A DNA stretch of 64,000 bases from Rhizaria sp. SCN 62-66. Lineage: Eukaryota. The stretch lies in NCBI GenBank assembly GCA_001724265.1, contig MEDY01000069.1, positions 1 through 64,000 of the forward strand, written 5' to 3'. The notes beneath the pieces were generated by a model. The model was not told where the DNA came from and made no database searches. It saw only the letters and a program-made list of their open reading frames with translations. The translations under genes were made by a program, and so were the position numbers. Position 1 is the first letter of the stretch. Each line of letters opens with the position of its first letter. Positions 43,711 through 56,100 of this stretch are shown here, in pieces.

Positions 43711-44352
43711 ATGTCAAAGGTCACCTCGGTCAAGAAGCGCAGCCACCGCCAGGAGGCCCCTTACGCCGCCCCTGCCCCCGTCGCGCAGTCAATGGCCGAT
43801 GAGGATGCTCCCGCGCCCGCTGCCACTCCTGCCAAGGGCAAGAAGGCCGCTGCCGCCAAGGCCGCCGCCCCCGCCGCCGCCCCCGCAGTTAAGGCCGCCA
43901 AGGCCACGAAGGCTGCCACTGGCAAGGCGGCTGCCGCTGCCGCCGCGGCCGCGCCCGCGATGATGGGCGACGTCGACGACGTGGAGCTTGAGGCTAAGGC
44001 CGCGGCTGCGGAGCTTATCCTCGGCCCCCTGGACCTCGCCGAGGACCCGCGCCCGCGTCACCACGAGGAGCTGCGCAAGATGAACGCCCTCTTCGACGCC
44101 ATCAAGAAGGAGCGCGAGGGCTACACCAAGGCCTACGAGCAGCAGCTTATCCGCAAGAAGCTGACGAAGAAGATGCGCATCATTGAGGAGACGTTTCGCG
44201 CGCGCTGCAAGAGCGAGGTGGAGCAGTACCTCGCGTCCCTCACCCCCGAGCAGATTAAGAACGACCCCTATCGCATCTGCGCCATGAACCACATCGCCCA
44301 GCGCCGCTGGTACGACCAGCTCGGCAAGGGCCGCCGCTTTGGCGCGTACTGA
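43711..44352 (+). CDS. Small basic Lys/Ala-rich protein with charged helical C-terminal domain (213 aa), function unknown
   Basis: ATG at 43711 directly after CACAG; very strong codon bias (AAG, GCC, GAG) typical of highly expressed genes; TGA at 44350-44352. Confidence 0.7.
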   Translation: MSKVTSVKKRSHRQEAPYAAPAPVAQSMADEDAPAPAATPAKGKKAAAAKAAAPAAAPAVKAAKATKAATGKAAAAAAAAAPAMMGDVDDVELEAKAAAAELILGPLDLAEDPRPRHHEELRKMNALFDAIKKEREGYTKAYEQQLIRKKLTKKMRIIEETFRARCKSEVEQYLASLTPEQIKNDPYRICAMNHIAQRRWYDQLGKGRRFGAY

Positions 44353-44988
44353 GTTGGCCGGCTACAACAGCAGGTTCAACACCAGCGCAGTGCTGCACAG
44401 ACAAGCCGACAGTCGTTCTGACTGTCTGCCCGCCGCTTTCTTTTCATCTGCTGCCTTCGTCTAAGATTGCTGTCTCCACTTGTTCTGTTTTTCGTAGTTT
44501 GTTTTCATCAAAGCTTCATCTCGACCCACCTGTCTTTTAAACGTACGCTTAAGAGTCCGCTGAGTGCAGAGAGTTACAGCTTTCCTCTGTCTTTCATATC
44601 GAGACGCTTCTTTGTGCGTCACTCTTTAGCGCGCTTCTTTTGAAAGGGATTTGATACATAGCTTATTCAACCTTCACGTTTTATCTAATATGTATTCGCC
44701 CATTGATAACACGTTTCTGTCCTGTTTCAAGTTGTGAGCGACTTTTTCAGTCCTGCGCACAGTCACGGGCTGGAAGCACCACTTGAAAAGTTCGCACTAA
44801 CTTTAGCTTGATGTTTAAGTGAATGTTGATGAAATATAGCTTCTATAAGACATGGAAGTAACTCGGAACAGTATGTTATAATTAAGTATTGACTGATTTT
44901 TTTTTTAAATATCTTCACATGTAAGCTTATCTCGCGTTTGTCCCGGCTTTGCTTGTTCTCGTGCTTCCTCATCACCAAGGCAGGCTCG

Positions 44989-47900
44989 ATGTCGGACCAC
45001 TTCTCCGACTTTGAGCTCATCACGAGCCGCTCTCCATCTAACCAAGAAACGCCGCCACCTAATTCCCAGCCTTTGTGGACCCAAACCAGTCTGACTGGTT
45101 CACCCACTGACGGTTCTCCGCTCAGCCCGCCGCCTCCGCCGCCGCCACCGTTTCTGCCTCCTCAGCCGTTGCGATCGTTCGAGCTCCCGTCTCTGCTACC
45201 GCCTCCGCCTCCTCCGCCGCCGCTCAACATTTTGCCGACTGGGCTTCGGACTGCGGCGGTTGATGCAGCGCACCAGGCTCTTCACCGTGCGACGGCGCTG
45301 TCAAGTCCGACGCAGCGGCGCCGAGTGACGTTCAGCGAGAGCGTTGGCGAAGGCAGCGACGGTGATGACGCTTCCCCGTTTGCGTATCCGCTGCCGTCAC
45401 CGCTTGTTACCACTCACAACACTACGGAGAGCAAGAGTGGCGACAGCACTAACACAGCATTCAACAGCAACTACTACTATAACCGTCAAAGTAGCACTAG
45501 CCATGGCATCAGCGAGCAGACGAGCAGCAGCTTGACCACGAACATCCGCAACAGCGGATCTCTCATTCGCGACTGGCCTCGTATCATCAACAGTTCCGTG
45601 GCGGCCACCTATATCAACGCGCGGCACCACGACAGCAGCGACGATAGCGAGTGGAGCGACGACTGGACTGGTGGCTCCAGCAGCGACAGTGGCGGCGTTC
45701 TTGGCTTAGAGTGCATCGGCACTTCGAAGCCGATCTACTCGCTGCTTCCCACTTCGCCCAGTGCCGCTAATGCGGCAAAGACTACAGAGGACCACTCGGT
45801 TCTTGCACAGGAGGAGCTCGCAGTGCCCATCAGCGCGTCCCCAGCCGCGTTTGCAGCAGCATCTGCTGTGTTCGCATCACGCCTGCCGAGTCCGCCCAGA
45901 TCGGGATTGCAGTCAGCCGCAGGGCCACAACAATCGTGTGGAGGCGAATCACAACAATCACAGCTGAATGTGTCTCCCACCCCTCCACAGACCCCAGGTG
46001 CGTCATCGCAGTCTCCTCAAGTGAACAGCGGCGTCAACCCGAGCAGCAGCAGTGTCAGTACTCGCACACCGGCGCTGTCGTCGCTCGCTCGCGCTCTTGC
46101 GGCACAGCAATAGCAGCTGCTGCAGCAGCATGAGCAGCAAGCGCGGCAATACGAGCAACAACGGCAGCGGTCTGAGTCGATGCTCCAGCAGGCTGCGTCA
46201 CGCCTTGAGTACGAGACCAACGCACTGCTTCGCAAGTTTGATGCTATTCGTACAAGCGCAAGCGCAACCGCAGCCAGTCACGCAAACAGTACTCTTCCCA
46301 GCACTGCAACACATACTGTAAACACGCATCCTCGCCCGTCGCTGTCATCGCTGCAGTCAGCGTTCAACAATAGCCTTTACCCTATTCAACTCAACAACAC
46401 AGCAGCTTCCAACAGTGTCAGCACTGCTTCCACAACTAGCACAACCACCACAACTAGCACAAGCACACCACGGGTTCCTCCTCCGCCCCCTGTTGCGCCG
46501 CGCGTTCCCCCGCTGCCTCCAACAATGACAATCACGACTGCGCCGGCCGCAGGCGTCACTGCGAGCGAGTTGCCTCCGTCGCTTCGCAGGCCACTTACAG
46601 TCGATGTTGGCAGCACCACAGAGCACCACAAGCTCCGCCTTGGTGAATGGCTCTGCCTGCGCCGTGCTAACGCCAAAGCTGCTGTCGACGCTGCTGCCGC
46701 ACATGCCGTTTCTGTGACTGCAAGTGCTGTGGTTAGCCACGACGCCGATAGCGGAGACACACCGCTCTCACTGCCAGTTGTGCGGTTTGTTGCGCCTCCG
46801 CCGCCTCCGGCACCGGTGCCCGCGCTGCCCACGCCGCGCAAGTCTCCAGCATTCACGCGCGCGTCACAGCAGAACCAGTACTGCGCACCGACTGGCGCGC
46901 GGGTAAGCACTCACGGGGCTGATGTAGGTACCTCAGCTGTGCGTAACAGCTCAATCGCGCCTCTGTGTCTTCGTGCCACAGAGCTCTGGGGCAGCGCTGC
47001 ATCTACACCTGTGATTGTTACATGTAGTCCTGACACGACTCCGAGTAGCCACGCTTCTGGGACTGACGTTTCCGCCAAGCCGCAGCCTGCGATGTTGCTC
47101 TCGGGTCCGCTGCCTATGTCAGACCCAGTGCGTCCGTTTCCGTTTCCCTTTGCAGCGACAGGCCCAAGCATGGTCGCATTTGACAGCACGTCAAACACCA
47201 CGGGCAGTGCTACTATGCACGTGTTGCCTTCGTCTCAGCCACAACAGCAACGCCGGCCGCCACCGCCTGCAATTCTCATCTCTGGACCATTCCCAATTCC
47301 AGACGACAAGTATGCGCCAACGCTTCCTGCAAGCCTACTCTCGGGCTCTCTCACCATGCCGCTGCTGAGCCCCCGCTCACCATCACCGCCAACGAGCGCC
47401 GGCTCCGGTCTGTCGGCAGTGCCGCGGGACACAAGGACGCTGCGGACCCCAACGCAACAAGCCTTCTTGCTCTCAGGACCGCTGCCAATGCCGCATACGC
47501 AACTCTCGCCGCCGCTACCGCTGCCGCCGTCACCGCCGCTGCCGCCCACATGTACACACAGATACTTGAGCTCTAACTACACAACCTCGCTGTCTCAACT
47601 GCCGTGGCAATCACCGTGGCAGACCCAGTCGCAGTCGCAACCTGGGAAGCAGCGGTCAACGCATATGCATTGGCAGTCTGGCGCTGTGTCTGTTGTCCCG
47701 CCTCTGCATCAGCAGTCGGCACAGTCACGGTTTCCGCCACAAGGTATGATGCGGCCGCAATCCCCGCCTGTGCCAGCACTGGCGCGCAAGCTGCGTTCTG
47801 CAGCGTTCTGGGCAAACTACACCGCTCCCGAAACCAACCGCGACCGCATCAGAGACAACATCTGCACGAACATTGTCAGCGCATTTACATCAAGCAAGAC

Positions 47901-48798
47901 TGACGCATACACCAGCTTTGCGGTAAACAGGGGCATGCAGACCACGACTGCACTTACAACGCGCTCAACAGGCGTTAACACCACACATAGCGCTCTGTCC
48001 CCCCTCTCAACCACTGTCGCTAACAATGCCAATGGCACCAAGCGCAAGCGCCGCGTTCGCGTCTTCAAGCGCTTCAGTGTTGTCACATCGAGTCCACCGC
48101 GCATTAGCACTGAGCGCAGTGCGCTTGCACGTCTGCACTCAGGTCTCACTGTCGGCCTCGATCTCGTGTTGCGGCGCTTCATGCCCGCGCCGGTCAGCAC
48201 GACAGTTAATGGAAGTGGTGGCTCAGCGCGCCAGTGGCGTGCACGCATGGCAGGCTTGCGCGCGCGCTTGCGGCGCGCCATCGACAGGATGCTGACGCAG
48301 GAGCGCGAGCGCGAGCAGCGGGCTACACGCCGGGCCGTCATTACCGCTGCCGCCGCTGCGGTGACAGGCGCGGGCGCTCAGCTTTGTCACGACGCGGACA
48401 CGGTGAGGCTGGTGCGTGAGCTCATGCGCACGCCAACGTGGGCGCAGCGTCAGGACGAACAGCTCCAACTTCAGCAGCAAGAGCAACGCGCTGAGCAACA
48501 GAAGCAGAGACTCATTGAGTCGAAGGAGCATGTTGTATTGACAACAACGGCGATCGTTGCGGCCCTACGCCAGCGGCAATCACGTATCTCACCGCCCTAT
48601 TCTCAGTTGGCCAGCAACACTAGCAGTGCACGCGTAAACACTGGCACTGCGAGCGCTGTGGCTCCAGGGCATAAGAAGCTGGTTACTGTGTGCGACAACG
48701 CGTCCGCGACTGTGTGCGACGAGGACGACGCGGACATGAACGATGATGATGCAAAGAGTGACAATGGTTTGCGTGCTCTGTTTAGTGGCATGTGGTAA
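44989..48798 (+). CDS. Pro/Ser/Thr/Gln-rich hypothetical protein interrupted by a single in-frame TAG at 46111-46113 (readthrough gene, nonsense allele or pseudogene)
   Basis: ORFs 44938-46113 and 46180-48798 are in the same frame; the junction reads AAQQ*QLLQQHEQQARQYEQQRQRSESMLQQ with no other stop; low GC3 bias. Confidence 0.5.
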
Positions 48799-49454
48799 AT
48801 TAAAGTGGGAATTCTCTCGCTCGGCGGTCCTGCGGCAGTGGAGCAGGGTAAGTGAGACGTGAAGAGTGACAATTTGTTACGGACCGTTTGTCTGGTTACA
48901 TTTGCATCTTTCGCTCTTTGCACTAACTATTTCAACCACCCAGCATCCGTTCCGCAGCGTTAATCAACATTTTTCTTGAAGTGACAGTGATGTGGACTGC
49001 TCACTGCTTGTGTGCGACGGTGGGATGTTAACGTAACCGGACATACATGTGAATTGAATGTAACACGATTTGTATGAGTAATTGTCGATGAGACTAACGT
49101 TGAAGCACATTTTAGGCTTAAGCTTATGAAGATACATACATATAAATTTCGTAATATATTGTACTTAATGAATTATTGTGGTTTATCTTTGTGCAGTTGA
49201 AAACTTAAACAAGTCGAAGCTGCTATTATATCTCTTAACTGATTGCAACTCAGAAATTGGCATGAATCATCTTATAATCATCAGACGCCACAACATTTGG
49301 GGCATAATTAAAGTATTTTTAGAACTCCATTTTATTTTCGAGCGTTAATCGCTTTCGATTGTTGGACACCTCGCGATTGCGCTGTATCATGTACTAGTAT
49401 CATCCTCTCGCTTATTGGATATCAGCATCACAGAGAGTGAGTGTTTACTCCAAC

Positions 49455-49777
49455 TTAAGCTAAACTCGCGCAAGAGAGTCTGTCGTTGACAAAGAAGACA
49501 CTGTTTGTGGTGCCGCCCTTGAGTACCCACTTGAACGCGCCGTGAGGACGGCCCCTGCGCCAGGTGCCCGTGTAACTTCTGCCATCAGGACGCGTCAGCG
49601 TGCCCTCGCCGTGCGCGGGGCCGTGCTTCCCCTCGCCGCGGTACACGCTGCCGTCGGGCCGCCGCTCCGTGCCGTACCCGCGTCGTACGCCGGTCTACTC
49701 GCCGTCGAGCTCGCACCCGCGCCGGTCGCGGAACACGCCGCGCCCCGCCCACACGTTAACCCGCCACTTGCCTGTAG
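49455..49777 (-). pseudogene. Decayed MORN-repeat gene fragment
   Basis: Minus frame reads TGKWRVNVWAGRGVFRDRRGCELDGE*TGVRRGYGTERRPDGSVYRGEGKHGPAHGEGTLTRPDGRSYTGTWRRGRPHGAF; TAG (49697-49695) sits at the conserved Trp of the MORN motif; GC-rich island with no start exon inside AT-rich DNA. Confidence 0.7.
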
Positions 49778-50070
49778 TGGACTGTGATGCTTCTCGGTAA
49801 AATCTTGTTTTGTGGTTGTTGAAGGTCACAATGACGATTTTTATTAGCGGGAGTACTGTACTATTAAACTATCAATATGTCACACCCATGCATAATTATA
49901 TATCTTTCAAGTTTGTCCAAGCAAGACACATTTGAAGCATGCGCTTCGTCATTAGCAGTGGTGACATTTTACATGTACACTGTACAAAGAAATAAAAATG
50001 AACGTTACACGAAAAATAAAGCACACACATGTCATTCACAAAGCGACAGTCGCCGACTTGATTAGGTGAT

Positions 50071-50072
<2 letters not shown>

Positions 50073-50101
<29 letters not shown>
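50073..50101. repeat. T29 homopolymer (A29 on the minus strand) 20 nt downstream of the giant gene's stop codon
   Basis: Read directly from the sequence. Confidence 0.9.
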
Positions 50102-50103
<2 letters not shown>

Positions 50104-50121
50104 TCTTTTCTACAAGCACGC

Positions 50122-53100
50122 TTAGGCGCCGGGCGGAGGCGGGGGAAGCTGACGCGTCTTGTTGAGCGTGAGCGGGGCCACCGAGGTCAGCCCAGGGCCG
50201 AAGCCCATCGCAGCACCGGGCGGCGGCGGCGGGGCGTGCGGGTGCGCACGCGGCGGCGGCGGCGCGCCAGTCGGCACCGGCGGCAGCGCGGGCGCCACGA
50301 CAGCGGCCGTGGGCGACACAACGTTGCCGGCCGATGGCGAGCGTGGGCGCGGCGGCGCCGTGGGCGGCGGCGGGGGCAGAGTGCCCGGGGGCGTGCCGCC
50401 ACCAATCGACGGGCGCAGCGGCGCGGCGGGCGGCGCGTTGGGCGGCGGCGGCGGCAGCGGGCGCGAGCCACCTGCCGGGGGCGGTGACGTCATCGGCGCG
50501 GCCGGCACGGGGGGCGCGAGCGGCGCGACGCTGCCGCGCGGGGGCAGCGAGGGCATAGACGGGCGCTGCAGCGTGAGCGGCGTGGGCGCGGCACGGGGCG
50601 GCGGCGGGCGCGACGAGGGCGTGTCGTCGGGCTGCTCGACACCGCTGCCGGCGGCGGCCGCGGTCGCCATGTCGTTGTTGAGGAAGTCGTCCATCGACAT
50701 GAAGGCGCCGGGAGCGTTCTGCGGAGAGGACGACTCGGCGAAGCGCGTCTCCATCACCTCCTTGCGCAGCACTGAGGTCTGGCCGACCTCGTGGCCGGCG
50801 GCGGAAGCGGCGGCAGCAGCGGCGGCGGCGCGCGCGGCGCGGACGTCAACGCCGGCCTCGGCCTCACTCTGGCCTTCCGCAGCCTTGTTGAGGCGGTCAA
50901 CCTCGGCCTGCGCGAGGCCGACACCGCGCGACGCCATGAACCGCGGCTCCACGAGCTCGTAAAACGGCCCGATGGGCTGCTCGTGACCGTTGTGGAAGAT
51001 CGCGAGACCGAGCGAGTTGACGACCCAGATGGAGCCCTTGCGGCCGCCAGTACCGGCGTCGGTCCAGAGCAGACGCGGCGGGACCGTAGCCTCGCGCACC
51101 CAGCGGCGCGGCAGGCAGCGCACGGCGTCGGGCTCAGGCTCGGAGTTGGTGGTGGTGCACACCATGCCCATCGCGACGTACTCCTTAGAGGGCGAGATTG
51201 GGCGCCACGCGTACAGCGGGGACTTGCCGCGCTGCATCCAGACCTGGTGGTACTTGATCGGGTACGGCATCAGCTTGTTCACGTGCGCCTCGTCGAGGTT
51301 GCCGGACTTCATGACGCCGAACTGATCCATGTCCGTGAGTTCCAGGTATTGAGGCTTGAGCCCGTCCTTGCTCTTGTCGGGGTTCTTGAATCCCGTCGCG
51401 GCGTAAACACCGAGCGCGACGCGGAACTTGTTGCGCTTGCCGACGGCGAGCAGCGAGAAGCCCTTCTTGGGCAGCCACAGCGACACATCCGTGCGCGCGA
51501 GCGTGCCCTTGCTGTTCCACACATCGGTCCAGGCCTCGACGGCCTTGAGCTTCACCTTGAGGTTGTCGAGCACCGTCACAGGAATCTCGGCCTGCAGCAC
51601 GGCGTAGGACTTCTTCTTCGGTACCACGAGCTCCTCGATCGCGCGCGGCGGAACCTTGAGGTTCTTGAGTGCCGCGCGCTCCTCAGGAGACATCGACGTG
51701 GTGATGGACGCGAAGGTGCCGTGCGCGGCGAGCGCGTTGGCGCCGCCGGTGGCAGTGCCAGCAGTCGCAGCCGTCGCGCGCGCCTCGGCGTCGGGGTCGC
51801 GGAACACGCTGGCGAACTCCTCGTACGTCAGCTGGCCCTTGCCCTTAACGTCGGCGTGGCGGACGATGGTGTACACGTCCTCGGCCGTGGCGGCGCCGAG
51901 ACCAAGGAAGCCGAGGCCACCGTAGAGCTCGGAGCAGTTGAGCATACCGTTACGATCGAAGTCGAACGCGCGGAACGCGTCGAGCAGCAGGAGCCCCATG
52001 CGGTTGAGGTTGAGACGCACGCGCGTGACAAGCGCCCGGTACTGCAGTAGCGAGTACTCGTCGGGCATGCGGAACACGGTCGCGACCGCAGTCGTCTCAA
52101 CGGGCTTGGGCGAGCGGCGGCGGCAGGAGCGCACGGCCTGGAACCACTCCAGACGCGAAGGCGGCGGGTTGCGCTGCAGAACACGCAGCAGCATCGACAG
52201 CTCGCGGTCCGCGTAATGCGTCTCGCAGTCGAGGAACTTAAACACCTGGTGCTCGGTCTGCAGGTGATACGTCGGCGCCGCGCCGTACAGGTACGAGCAG
52301 TCGAGCAGCGCGTTGCCGAAGTGGATCGTGCGCAGCGCGACCGTAGTGCGGCCGGGGCGAATAACGGGCGCGGTCTCTTCGTGACGCGCGAGGTCCGCGG
52401 CAACGGCAAAGACGGAGTCGGTCGCGTTCACAAGCGCCGCCGTGATCTTCGATTCGACCTTGGTGTTGACGCTGGTGGTCGCGATCATTGACGTCTTGAT
52501 CGCCGCGTTGGCGTCGACCGTGCTGTCAAGTCCGACCTCAGTGGTCGTGAGCAGGTCCTTGCCGCGCGTGAGGTGCAGCACACCACGCAACGTTTCGGCC
52601 TCCTCCAGCGACAGCGCGACGAAGAAGCGACCTTCCTCGATCTGGCCCATCGCGCCCGCGACGAGCATCTGGCGGAGCTCGTCGTATCCGAGTCCTTCTG
52701 CGTTGAGACGTCCGTTGTGGTCCAGTGCCTGCACGCGCTCGCGCAGCACAGCCTCGTCGTTGACGTCGACGTCGACGGCGCGGAGCACTTCGCGCAGGTC
52801 CGCGAGCTTGATGCGGCCCGTGGAGGACGAGTCGAACAGGGCAAAGGCCTTGCGAAGGTTGGCGTCCTGCTCTGCTGTCAGCGCAGTCGAGGCCGTGGCG
52901 GCGGCGCCGGAGGCGAGGACGCCGCCGGAGCCCGTGATGCGGAGGTCGCCGACTTCGGGCACCCACTCCATGACGACGGCGACGTTCTTGATCCTGCGGT
53001 GGCCCATAAGCGACCACTTGGTGTGGAAGTAGTTGCTCGACACGAGGCAGTACTCCGGGAAGTCCAGCGGCGCCACCGTCGACCCGCCAGGGCCGCGGAA

Positions 53101-56100
53101 GAGCTTGAACTTGGACAGGGGGTAGAAAGTGCTCTCCTCGAGCAACTTCTTCGGGGACGCGAGGTCGGCCACGTTCCAGCGCGTCGTCGACTGCCGGTCT
53201 GTGTTGTACTTCTTCTTCTCGAACACGTCCGGCTCCTCGGGCTCCTCCTGGTTCTCCTGCTCTTGCTCCTGCTCCTGCTCTTGCTCCTGCTCTTGCTCTT
53301 GCTCCTGCACCTGTTCCTGCGAGAACACCTGCTGCGCCTGCTCCTCGGCCGTCTTGTCACGCTCGCGCGACTCGTCGTCCTCGCGGCCAACGTCCAGCCC
53401 CAGTCCCCGCGACGCGCTGCCGCCGGCAGGGCCGCCCGTGGTCTCGTGGTCGCGCCGGTCGAACTCGCCCATCAGCTCGCGCGCCTTGGCTTCGCGACGG
53501 GCCTTCTCGGCGACGGCGTCCGCGGTCTGCGCAGCGGCGCCGCCGACCATGCGGCGCACGCGGTCGACGACCTGCTGTTGCGCGGGCTTGGTGATAAAGC
53601 TCGTGTGCGTCTGTACCAGGCCCTCGAGCTTGTAGTCGAGCGAGAGACCCTGGGGCACGCAGTTCTCGACCGTGAAGTCAATGCGCTCGCGGAAGACGTC
53701 GACGCACGTGCCCAGCACTTCTGCGCGGTCCTTGTTGTCGGGCGTCTTGTGGCCCAGCAGCAGGTGCGCCGATGACTCGGTGAGCGAGGCAAAGGCGTCC
53801 TTGCGCCAGACGTTCTTGAGCGACTGGTCGCAGAGCATGTTGAACTGGATCTTCTCCATGCGCATCGAGTTGATGAGTAGCCACGCGACGACGTCGACGA
53901 GCAGCTGACGCACGGCGCCCTCGTGGTGCGCGCGAGAAGTCAGCATCGCCTGCGCACCGCCCGCGCCGACGGCGAGGTTGTTCGTCGCGGACTGCGGGCG
54001 CAGGCGGCCCTCGCCGAGCGCGACCTGCGTGGTGATCAGACGCTTGATCTCGGGCGCGAGTAAGATCTCCAGAGTCTGGCCCTTGGCGATGCCACGCATG
54101 CGGAACGCGCCCTGGGCGTAATCACGGAATGTCATGTTCTTACCGAGCGTGATGGCTGCGCGCGCGTTGATGGCCTGCTTGATATCCATACCCGTGGTGT
54201 GGACCTGGTCGTAGAACGAAAAGCGCTTACTGCGGTCGATACCAGACTGCTCAAGCGGCATCGACTTCATCGTTGAGCGCACCAGGATCATCTTCCTATC
54301 CTCCTGGTCAAGGTAGACCACACCTTCCATGTCGTCGAGACCGGCAGTGAGGAGATAGCGCGCGACGCCCTCGTTGGAGAAGCCCGTGATGAGCGCGCCC
54401 GTGTCGATCAGCGCGTGATAAGGCACGCCACCCGCGTCGTGCGCGTCCGCGTGCGCCGAGCTGCGTCCCGCGGCGGCGCGCGCCTTGGCATAGCCCGTAC
54501 ACGCGATCGTGTCGAGCACGCTTGTGACGGTCCATCCCGTGGGCAGCTCCGCGTACGACATGATGTGTGGCGCAGTGAGGTACGTCAGCATGCGCGCGTC
54601 GGTGCCGCGCTCGTAGTGGCACTCGCCGAACTCGACCGGCAGCAAGTCGGAGGGCGTACCCGAGAAACCGAGGCGGCGCTGCACGAGCAGGTTGCCGCCG
54701 AGCTCCTGCCCGCAGGCGGAGATCTTGAGCGCCTGGTGGCGCATCACTTCGGGGAAGACGTACGTGTCGAGGTAGTGATACACCGGCTCCGGCACCGAGG
54801 CCAGAAGCTCGTACAGCACCTCGAACTGCTCCTGGTCCTGCAGGTCGACGAGGCGCAGCGGCCAGACGTCCGTCGACAGGTTGACGGCAAACTCGTCAGC
54901 CAGGTCACCGTTGGCAAGGCCGACGAGCTCGTAAGCGTCCGCGGCGTCCGAGGACGACGTCGCGGAGGTGTCGGCGCGGGCGGCCTTGGTGCGGTTGTAG
55001 CCAGCGTCGGCATAGATTGGCACCAGCGCGCCGCTATCCTTGCTATCTTCCGCGGCCTGCGCCATCAGGATGCGGTGCTTCTCCTCGCGTCGACGGCGGT
55101 CGGCGTCGACCTCGGCCTGGATGCGGGCGACGGACTCACCGTTCCACTCCTCCCAGTCCGAAGCGCGCTCGCCGAGCTTGGGGCCCGCGGTTGCGGTCGC
55201 GAGATGCGGGTCGGCGTCAGCGCCCGCGGCTCCGGCACGCAGACCAAGGCCGGAGCCACGCACGCGGCCGCCAGCGAGCTCGACCCAACGCACGAAGAGC
55301 TTGGATGACGGACGCAGGTGCACAGGGCCAGACTCGTCCCACATCGACTTCTGCAGCTCACCGAGCACGTAGGAGAAGTCAGTGCGGCGCAGGCCTTCGT
55401 AGCGGAAGGCGAGGATGGTGAGGCCGATGGTGATATCGGGATGCGAGAACTCAGACGAGCGCGAAGGCACGTCCTTACCGACGAAAGGCACGGCGGTGAG
55501 GCGACGCGACTTAGGCATGTGGGGGTCGAGCGCAAGCGCCTGGGCGAGGTCGGACGGGGACAGGAGACCGAAACCGACGCGGTTGATCTTACTGAGGCAG
55601 TGGGGCAGGAACGAGTGCAGCCAGTCGTGCGCGAGGTTGAGCATCTTGATGAACTCGTCGTCGTAGGCCTCGACGTTGACGGTAGAGCCCTTGGGGCGGT
55701 CGAGGAGGTACTTGAGCACGTCCTTGTCCGCCATCGTCGACACGGGCTGGCATGAGAGCCAGAGCAGCAGCCATTCGGCCAGCAGCGGGCGCAGCTCCTT
55801 CTTGTAGAAGGCGCGCGATAGCACGACGATGTGCGGCGTGCGCTGGATCACGTTGAGCGTCATACCGCGCTGCAGCGCGGCCTGGATCTGCGTCAGGATG
55901 CTGTGCGCCTGCGCCGACTCGGCGAAGGGCACCGTGAGCTTGCCCGTGAGGCCGAAGAAGATGGCGTCGAGCAGGAACCACGGGATGTGCCAGCGGAGAC
56001 CGTCGCCGGCGCGGTTGTGCGTGAGGTCGAGCTCGTACTTGGGGCCGATGGGGAAGTTGAGCTCGGACTTGAGCGGGTGCAGAATAAGGTCGACTTCGTC

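Noticed and set aside
44989-49777. Genome-wide reassignment of UAG to Gln
   Set aside because: Only two in-frame TAGs found, at a Gln-like and a Trp position; none in the long conserved genes. Kept only as a minor alternative in the findings.
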